Of a stretch of 34,022 nucleotides of DNA, positions 8,563 through 15,197 are shown one piece after another (positions within the stretch are counted from its first letter, which is position 1; the number at the start of each line of letters is the position of its first letter). Origin of the DNA: Candidatus Deferrimicrobiaceae bacterium (GTDB taxonomy: Bacteria > Desulfobacterota > Deferrimicrobia > Deferrimicrobiales > Deferrimicrobiaceae). The stretch spans positions 1 to 34,022 of the forward strand of contig DATBLU010000203.1 of NCBI GenBank assembly GCA_036555205.1, written 5' to 3'. The notes below the pieces were generated by a model. That model was not told where the DNA came from. It made no database searches and saw only the letters and a program-made list of their open reading frames with translations. The position numbers and the translations under genes were made by a program.

Positions 8563-9549
8563 TCAACGATTGACCGCCCGCATCGCCTCCTCGCCGTATC
8601 GCATGCCGGAAGCGGCCCCCGGCGGCAGAAACTCGTCGATCCGCTCCATGTCCCGCTTCGTCAGGGTCACGTTGAAGGCTCCCGCGTTCTCCTCCAGCCT
8701 GTCCCGCCTCTTGGTGCCGGGTATGGGCACCGTGTCCTCGCCCTGCGCCAGCAGCCAGGCAAGCGCCAGCTGCGAAGGCGTGCATCCCTTTTCGGCCGCG
8801 ATTTCCTCGACCAGCCGCACAAGTTCGAGATTGCGCTCGAAGTTATCCCCCTGGAAGCGCGGCGAGTTCTTCCGGTAGTCTCCTTCCGGAATGTCCTCGG
8901 GTCGCCTGATCTTCCCTGTCAGGAAACCTCTGCCCAAAGGACTGTAAGGCACGAACCCGATGCCGAGCTCCCGGCACACGGGAATGACTTCCCTCTCCGG
9001 GTCGCGCGTCCAGAGGGAATATTCGCTTTGAAGGGCGGCTATCGGGTGGACGGCGCAGGCTCTGCGGATGGTTGCGGGAGCCGCCTCGGACAGTCCCAGG
9101 AAACGGACCTTCCCCTCCCGGACCAGCGCCGCCATGGCGCCGACCGTGTCCTCTATGGGGGTATCCGGGTCGACCCGGTGCTGGTAATAGAGATCGATGA
9201 CGTCGACTCCCAAACGGCGAAGGCTCGCCTCGCACGCCGATCGGACGTATTCAGGCTTGCCGTTGACTCCCTTCCAGCTTCCGTCGCTCCCCCTGACGAT
9301 GCCGAACTTGGTCGCCAGGACCACCTCTTCCCGGCGGCCGCTGATGGCCTCCCCGACGAGCTCCTCGTTATGGCCAAGCCCGTAGATGTCCGCGGTGTCG
9401 AGGAAATATATTCCCATGTCGAGCGCCCTGTGAATGGTCGCCGTCGATTCGTCGTTGTCGCGCCGGCCGTAGAACTCCGACATCCCCATGCAGCCCAGTC
9501 CAAGCGCCGATACCGCCGGCCCGCCTTTTCCCAACCGCCTGGATTCCAT
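8563..9549 (-). CDS. Aldo/keto reductase family oxidoreductase
   Basis: Track ORF 8563-9870 is trimmed to the ATG at 9549, with AAGGAGG upstream. Sequence: [24 protein letters not shown]...FLDTADIYG...LATKF...IDLYYQHR...PIPGTKR. 328 aa. Confidence 0.9.
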   Translation of the reverse strand: MESRRLGKGGPAVSALGLGCMGMSEFYGRRDNDESTATIHRALDMGIYFLDTADIYGLGHNEELVGEAISGRREEVVLATKFGIVRGSDGSWKGVNGKPEYVRSACEASLRRLGVDVIDLYYQHRVDPDTPIEDTVGAMAALVREGKVRFLGLSEAAPATIRRACAVHPIAALQSEYSLWTRDPEREVIPVCRELGIGFVPYSPLGRGFLTGKIRRPEDIPEGDYRKNSPRFQGDNFERNLELVRLVEEIAAEKGCTPSQLALAWLLAQGEDTVPIPGTKRRDRLEENAGAFNVTLTKRDMERIDEFLPPGAASGMRYGEEAMRAVNR

Positions 9550-9815
9550 GAGCCCCTCCTTTCGGATCGACCGCCCCGCCGCCCGGAAAATAATCGCGCG
9601 GGCGGCATTGATTTCGTATCCCGGTGGTATAATTTTAACCGAGTGGTGCGGTGGGGCGATATGACCCACAGTTCCATGCGGGACGACGGAAGGACGGTTG
9701 ACGGCAGACCGCTTCCGCCCCATTGAAGGGATCGCCTCAGATCCCGACAAAATATGGGTAAGCAACGCATGGGAACCGCAAGCCGGGGCAGGACCGGCCG
9801 CCACCCGCTTTTTTT

Positions 9816-10229
9816 TTAAGAAGCGCGCAGCGCCTTCGCCGCCTTTGCGGCGTCCCTCTGCTCCACCCACAGGATGGCGCCGTACCGGCCCGCTCCCGCG
9901 GAAATGCCGTCCAATGCCCTGATGCCGACTCCCGCCGCCGCCAGTTTACCCGCGACCGCGGCGATCGCTCCTGCCTTGTCCGATCCCTGGATCAGGAAGC
10001 AGCTTTTTTTGCCGGCGATCTTCAGGCCCGCACGTTTCGCCGCCTTCCGGAAACGCTCCGCATTTTTCGGCACGAAGTCCAGCTGGATGCGCCGTCCGCG
10101 CGGGAATCCGGTGAAAGCGAGCAGGTCGACCCCATCGTCCCGCAGGGCCTCCAGAATCCTTGCACCCTCGCCGGTCCTGTTCGGGATAATGACCTTGAAA
10201 TATTCCGCCTTTCGAATCGAGTCGGCCAT
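9816..10229 (-). CDS. Small ACT-like domain protein (uncharacterised family)
   Basis: This is the C-terminal 137 aa of track ORF 9816-11582. The ATG at 10229 has GGGGAGGAAAAA upstream. Sequence: [43 protein letters not shown]...[26 protein letters not shown]. It looks like a tandem ACT-like architecture, assigned from memory. Confidence 0.5.
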   Translation of the reverse strand: MADSIRKAEYFKVIIPNRTGEGARILEALRDDGVDLLAFTGFPRGRRIQLDFVPKNAERFRKAAKRAGLKIAGKKSCFLIQGSDKAGAIAAVAGKLAAAGVGIRALDGISAGAGRYGAILWVEQRDAAKAAKALRAS

Positions 10230-10301
10230 TTTTCCTCCCCTTGTGCGCGATTTGGTTAACTTCAATTTATTATAGATTACTTTCCCGGGAGTGACGGTAC
10301 T

Positions 10302-11759
10302 ATGTCGCTTATCCGGTCCGTCACCCGAGAGGCGCCCATGACTGGACAGGTCACACTTCCCTTGTGGCTCGCCGCGCTGCTCGTCCTGCTTGCCGCCTGG
10401 GCGGCGCTCGACCGACTGCTGATCCCGAGCGTACGCTGGTTCCTGAGGCGCAGGGCCAACCTGTTCATCGAAGAGATCGGCAAGCGGCTGAACCTCGAGA
10501 TTCATCCCTTCGCGTTGACGAAACGACAGGTGCTGATCGACCGCCTGATGTACGACCCCAAGGTTCAGCAGGCCTGCGCCTCGCACGCCCGGGAGAACAA
10601 CGTCCCCCGGGATGTCGTAATGGCCGAGGTCGAGCGGTACGCCCGGGAGATCGTCCCCTCGTTCAACGCCTACGCCTATTTCCGGATCGGCTACTGGCTG
10701 GCGCGCAAAACCGCCCGCATCCTCTTCCGGGTTCGCGTGGGATACGCCGACGACGAGGGCCTCTCGCGCATCGCCCCCGGATCCAGCGTCGTATTCGTGA
10801 TGAACCACCGGAGCAACATGGACTATATACTGGTCGCCTACCTCGCCGCGACCCGGACGGCCTTGAGCTACGCCGTGGGGGAATGGGCCAGGATCTGGCC
10901 GCTTCAGACCCTTATTCGCGCCATGGGGGCGTATTTCATACGACGCAACTCGGGCAATCCGATGTACCGCCTCGTGCTCGAGCGATACGTAAACATGGCC
11001 ACCGAGTGCGGAGTGGTTCAGGCCGTCTACCCTGAAGGCGGCCTGACGCGCGACGGCGCGCTGCGCCCGCCGAAGCTGGGCCTTCTCGATTACATGGTGA
11101 GATCCTTCAATCCGGACGCCGGGCGGAACCTGGTGTTCGTGCCTGTCGGAATAAACTACGACCGCACCCTCGAGGACCGGAGCCTGATTCTCGAGCTGTC
11201 CCCGGGGGCGCGCAGGAAAAGCATGCCCTTCGTGCTCGGCACCTCGCTCGGATTCCTTCTTCGCAACCTGTACATGATGGTTGTGGGCCGGTGGTACAGG
11301 TTCGGATACGCATGCGTCAACTTCGGATCCCCGGTCTCCATGAGAGAGTACTGCAATGCCCGCGGGATCGATTTCCGGTCGATGGGCAGGGAGGAGCGTT
11401 TCCAAAAGGTGGAGGACCTCGCAAAAGCCCTGATGGCGGAGGTGGGCAGGGTAATCCCGGTTACGCCGGTCTCCCTGGTTGCGACGGCGTTCGTCCGGAA
11501 CCCGGAGAACCGTTTCAGCGGGCTTGAATTGAAGGCCGAGGTGCAGCGGCTGATCGAAGAGCTCATCGCCGCCGGATCCCACGTCTATGTGCCCCGCAAG
11601 GACAGGGAATACGCGGTCGAAGTCGGCCTTCGCATGCTGATGCTGCGGCGCCTGGTCGAAGATGAGGACGGTCTATGCCGCGCGAGGCCCGAGGAGCTCA
11701 CCTTGCTGCGCTACTACGCCAACTCGATCGCGCACCTGCTGCCGGCGTCCGGGCCATAA
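10302..11759 (+). CDS. PlsB-type glycerol-3-phosphate / lysophospholipid acyltransferase
   Basis: 485 aa with an N-terminal TM segment. GPAT blocks present: VMNHRSNMDY (HX4D), GAYFIRR, YPEGGLTRDG and VFVPVGINYDR. Confidence 0.75.
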   Translation: MSLIRSVTREAPMTGQVTLPLWLAALLVLLAAWAALDRLLIPSVRWFLRRRANLFIEEIGKRLNLEIHPFALTKRQVLIDRLMYDPKVQQACASHARENNVPRDVVMAEVERYAREIVPSFNAYAYFRIGYWLARKTARILFRVRVGYADDEGLSRIAPGSSVVFVMNHRSNMDYILVAYLAATRTALSYAVGEWARIWPLQTLIRAMGAYFIRRNSGNPMYRLVLERYVNMATECGVVQAVYPEGGLTRDGALRPPKLGLLDYMVRSFNPDAGRNLVFVPVGINYDRTLEDRSLILELSPGARRKSMPFVLGTSLGFLLRNLYMMVVGRWYRFGYACVNFGSPVSMREYCNARGIDFRSMGREERFQKVEDLAKALMAEVGRVIPVTPVSLVATAFVRNPENRFSGLELKAEVQRLIEELIAAGSHVYVPRKDREYAVEVGLRMLMLRRLVEDEDGLCRARPEELTLLRYYANSIAHLLPASGP

Positions 11760-11786
11760 GCAATCATCCTGACGGGACTTGTTTTT

Positions 11787-12053
11787 TCAGGACTTGTTAC
11801 GCTTGAGAACGGGGACCCACTTCGCGTTTCGCCAGATGTAGGCGTGGTCTTCGGTGATTTTCAGGGAAAGGACCCCGTGATGCCTGGCGAGGCTCACAAG
11901 CGTATCTTTCGGCACCCACAGTTCATCGAAGGACGGGAACTTCTTGGGCGCTTCTTCGATGCCCATGCCGCACATTATGACAAGGATTATTAACGCCAGA
12001 TAGGTTCGCACGGTCCCTCCTGCACGCCAGGCCGGCGATCGGATGTTCTGCAT
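11787..12053 (-). CDS. Hypothetical small protein with an N-terminal hydrophobic anchor
   Basis: 88-aa ORF directly after the 816-aa gene. It contains the hydrophobic stretch YLALIILVIMCGMG. An alternative GTG start (VRTYLAL...) has AGGAGG 4 nt upstream. I recognise no family. Confidence 0.35.
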   Translation of the reverse strand: MQNIRSPAWRAGGTVRTYLALIILVIMCGMGIEEAPKKFPSFDELWVPKDTLVSLARHHGVLSLKITEDHAYIWRNAKWVPVLKRNKS

Positions 12054-12097
12054 GCTCCAGGCGTTTTATTTAGGATTCCGGGCCGGTAGGGACGGTT

Positions 12098-14548
12098 TCA
12101 GTATCTGTGGCTTTTCCCGACCCGGGAAAAGAGCCATCCGGCGGCGAGGTAAAGGAGCCCGCCGGCCGCGACGGTACCTCTAAATCCGATCCACATCGCA
12201 CCGGCCGATGCCAGCGAGGCCCCCGCCACCGAGAAAAAGCCATTTATTCCCCATGCATACGGGATCGCGGGCGCGGCCGATCCGGCCAGGCGCGAGAGTC
12301 CCGCGGGGAACGGCATCCCCATGAGAAACGCCGCCGGCCCCAGTGAAACGATGAATATCGCCGTCCTCGCGGTTTCCCCCAGCGGCAGGAGCACCCCTGC
12401 CGACAGGGAGAGGAACAGGAACCCGGCAAGCGCAAGAAACGCGATCCCGGGAAAGACGCGTCCCTTCATGGTCTTTTCCGACCCCCATCTCCCGGAAATC
12501 GCGCTGCCGAGCCCGGAGAAAAATGCGAATCCGCCGATGGCGGCGGTGGCGGCCCGGATAGCGTCGCCCAGAAGGAGAATCCCGATTTTCAGGAACGTCA
12601 GCTCGATCAGCATGTACGCCAGGCCCAGCGCCGAAAAATAGACCGCAAGGCTTGCCCCGCCCGCCTTGTCAGGCAGGCGCACGGCCGCAAGCGGAGCCAG
12701 CAGGCAGACCGAGGCCAGCGCAAGAGAAACGGCGAGGGAAGCAAGGAGGAAGACAACACCCCATTCGACGAAAGGGACCCACTGGTTTCCAAGCAGCCTG
12801 CGGAACTCGGGCAGCGAGCCCAGCCGCAGGAAGCGGTGGAAATACGGGGAATCGTCGACCACTGGCAATAGATCGAACAGTTCTGCGCCGGGCCCGCCGG
12901 ACCGGCCGGCGATCACGCCCGCAACGGCCGTTCGAAGCCCCTTTTCCGCCGCCCCCTCCCCGGCTTCCGGTCCGTCCCCGGGGGGCCACACTATCGAAAA
13001 CCCCGTCTCCCCGCAGAAACGTTCCAGACGCCTCATCTCCTCTGCGGCAAAGGGGAGCCGCCTCGCGATAATGGCGAACGACCCCCAGCCCCGGACCATG
13101 ACCACCTTGGCCGATGCCGGGGCGCGGTCGTCCCTTTCCAGCTCCAGGCGCAGCGTAGCGAGGATCTTGACGCTTTCCCTGGGCGGAGCCTTGAGCCACC
13201 CGGAGAATGCGATAACGCCGCTTTCCGTAAGACGGGACATCGCCGCCCGAATCCCCTCCCGCGTCAGGAGGTACGTCTCGCCGGTCGCATGAATCCCGAG
13301 AGATGAATACGTCGCCGACGATATCTCCGACACTTCGATCAGGTCGAACCTGCCCCCCTCGCGCGCCAGGAAATTCCGCGCGCCCTCCGTCCGGATCTCC
13401 GCCGGCATTTCCGCAGGCAATCCCGCGGAGAACCGGAACAGATCCGACCGCACCAGCGCCGCCAGTTCCGCGGCGGGCTCCACGACGGTGACCGACGAGG
13501 CGCCGTTCCTGGCGGCCGTAAGGATGCCCTCCGTCCCCCTCAGTCCGAATTGAAGCACCGCGGGACGGTCGACCATCCGGTACGCCGCCACCAGGGGAAA
13601 TCCGTCGAGGTAGGCGGGAGGGCTCTCTCCTCCGTCTTGCGGGACGACTCCGCGGGCTTCGCCGTCGAAGAAGAGCGCCGCCTGCGGGGGAATTTCTCCC
13701 GCGAACCGGAAGCTCAGTCCCGGTGCGACATGTATGCCGCTTGCGAAGAGCGCACGGTAATCCCCGGAGGGGCCGAAGCGATATGCGATCGTCTCCGCGC
13801 CCGGAAGCCGCGCGGCGACGGCCAGGTCCTTGTACGGGGACAGCGCCAGTTCGGCCGGCGGCAGGAAGAGCAGCAGCGACGAGGCCGCAAGGACCGCCAG
13901 GCGCGACCTGTACATCCGTCCCCCGAACAACCCCGCCGCAAAAAGGGACGCCGCAAGGGCGATCGCAAGCGGCACGCGCATGAGCGATTCCGTTCCCAGG
14001 AATGAAAAGGCCGGAAGGGCGAGGACGGCTCCGGCGGCGGACCCGGCAAACGCGGCCGCGTAGACCGGACCCGGCTCTTCGAACCGGAAGGCGAACGGGA
14101 CCGCTATTGCCCCTCCGGCGAGGAAAAAAGGAACCGCAAGCAGAAGGAAGAACCATCCGAAACCGATCCAGGCGGAGGGCTCCCACATAAGGAGGAACGG
14201 ATCGAAGGAGATCACCTGCGAGGCGCGGAAAGCGAGGTCGAACGACGGGGCGGAAAGGAGCGCCAGCCATGCGAAGAAAACCGTCGGGGCATTTTCGATT
14301 CTCCGGCGGAGAAGGTGCAGCGCGAGCCCCGCGGCGCCGAATCCCAGCATGGCCTGCGAAACGATAAGCGGCACGAAGTGCGGCCAGAAACGGAAAGACA
14401 GGAGCCTTATGAGGAATATCTCGTCGGCCAGGGCGGCCGCCGACAGGAGGAAGACGGCCGCAAGGACCGCCTCGCGCCCGGGCCGGTCAGTGGCCGAGGA
14501 GACGGACGAAGGCGACCGGGAGGACGTTTCGCTGGGAGACCGAGCCAT
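12098..14548 (-). CDS. Polytopic membrane protein with a central spermidine-synthase-like (SAM-fold) domain
   Basis: 816 aa. It has about 7 hydrophobic helices at the N-terminus and about 6-7 at the C-terminus. The central soluble region resembles aminopropyltransferase order but has degenerate motifs: VLQFGLRGTEGILTAARNGASSVTVVEPAAEL...GRFDLIEVSE...LLTREGIRAAMSRLTESGVI. Confidence 0.6.
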   Translation of the reverse strand: MARSPSETSSRSPSSVSSATDRPGREAVLAAVFLLSAAALADEIFLIRLLSFRFWPHFVPLIVSQAMLGFGAAGLALHLLRRRIENAPTVFFAWLALLSAPSFDLAFRASQVISFDPFLLMWEPSAWIGFGWFFLLLAVPFFLAGGAIAVPFAFRFEEPGPVYAAAFAGSAAGAVLALPAFSFLGTESLMRVPLAIALAASLFAAGLFGGRMYRSRLAVLAASSLLLFLPPAELALSPYKDLAVAARLPGAETIAYRFGPSGDYRALFASGIHVAPGLSFRFAGEIPPQAALFFDGEARGVVPQDGGESPPAYLDGFPLVAAYRMVDRPAVLQFGLRGTEGILTAARNGASSVTVVEPAAELAALVRSDLFRFSAGLPAEMPAEIRTEGARNFLAREGGRFDLIEVSEISSATYSSLGIHATGETYLLTREGIRAAMSRLTESGVIAFSGWLKAPPRESVKILATLRLELERDDRAPASAKVVMVRGWGSFAIIARRLPFAAEEMRRLERFCGETGFSIVWPPGDGPEAGEGAAEKGLRTAVAGVIAGRSGGPGAELFDLLPVVDDSPYFHRFLRLGSLPEFRRLLGNQWVPFVEWGVVFLLASLAVSLALASVCLLAPLAAVRLPDKAGGASLAVYFSALGLAYMLIELTFLKIGILLLGDAIRAATAAIGGFAFFSGLGSAISGRWGSEKTMKGRVFPGIAFLALAGFLFLSLSAGVLLPLGETARTAIFIVSLGPAAFLMGMPFPAGLSRLAGSAAPAIPYAWGINGFFSVAGASLASAGAMWIGFRGTVAAGGLLYLAAGWLFSRVGKSHRY

Positions 14549-15197
14549 CGGCGCTCTTCTCGATGAAAACCAGGTTCTGGGTCAGAAAGGGTCCTCCGAC
14601 CGGCATTACCATTCTCCCGCCGTTCTTCAGCTGTCGCAGCAGCGGCGGCGGGATGTGGCCCCCTGCGCATGTGACGATGATCGCATCGAACGGCGCCTTC
14701 TCCTCCCAGCCGTAATACCCGTCCCCCTGGCGGACGTGGACGTTCGCGAATCCAAGCTCCGAGAGCGTCCTGCGGCTCCCGGCGGCCAGGGACTCGAAGA
14801 TCTCCACCGTATAAACCTCGCGTGCGATCCTGGATGCGACCGCCGCCTGGTACCCGGAGCCGGTTCCCACCTCAAGCACGCGGTCGGAAGGCTTCAGGCG
14901 CAGCATCTCGGTCATGAAGCCGACTATATAGGGCTGGGATATCGTCTGCCCCTCGCCGATGGGCAGCGGGCGCGGATCGTACGCCCGGGAGCGCATTTCG
15001 CGGGGGACGAAGAGATGGCGGGGAACATCCCGCATCGACTGCAGGACCCGTGGATCGGAGATTCCCTCGCGCTGTATCTGTTCTCCGACCATGGCGAGGC
15101 GGGCGGCAAGATACGGATCCTCCATTGCGGCGGAGGGGACGCCGCCCGCAATCAGCACCAGGATCGACAGGAACGCCGTCCAACGCGGTAAAATCAT
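14487..15197 (-). CDS. pcm: Protein-L-isoaspartate O-methyltransferase with an N-terminal hydrophobic leader
   Basis: Track ORF 14487-16040 is trimmed to the ATG at 15197, which overlaps the Lon-like stop as ATGA. Motifs: PRHLFVP, GEGQTISQPYIV, VLEVGTGSGYQAAV and PLLRQLKNGGRMVMPVG. 236 aa. Confidence 0.9.
   Translation of the reverse strand: MILPRWTAFLSILVLIAGGVPSAAMEDPYLAARLAMVGEQIQREGISDPRVLQSMRDVPRHLFVPREMRSRAYDPRPLPIGEGQTISQPYIVGFMTEMLRLKPSDRVLEVGTGSGYQAAVASRIAREVYTVEIFESLAAGSRRTLSELGFANVHVRQGDGYYGWEEKAPFDAIIVTCAGGHIPPPLLRQLKNGGRMVMPVGGPFLTQNLVFIEKSADGSVSQRNVLPVAFVRLLGH

Noticed and set aside
9670-9720. GGAAGG-containing hairpin reminiscent of SRP (4.5S) RNA domain IV
   Set aside because: The conserved 3' strand (GGAAGCAGCC-like, with the AGCA loop) is absent, and the flanking helices do not match.
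10230-11582. N-terminal 451 aa of track ORF 9816-11582
   Set aside because: It lies antisense to the PlsB-type acyltransferase and has an arginine/proline-rich translation. Only the last 137 codons, from the ATG at 10229 with a strong RBS, look like a real protein.
11775-11798. Direct repeat GGACTTGTT x2 between the acyltransferase and the small ORF
   Set aside because: It is short, the second copy lies within coding sequence, and there is no associated structure. Probably chance.
12669-14270. 533-aa minus-strand ORF, and similar long ORFs at 20373-21779, 19314-20348, 1979-2833, 26436-27335, 32204-33400, 33405-33947 and 7254-8279
   Set aside because: All overlap genes with clear homology, either in another frame or on the other strand. 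Their translations are Arg/Gly/Pro-rich with no recognisable domains. They are GC-driven spurious ORFs.
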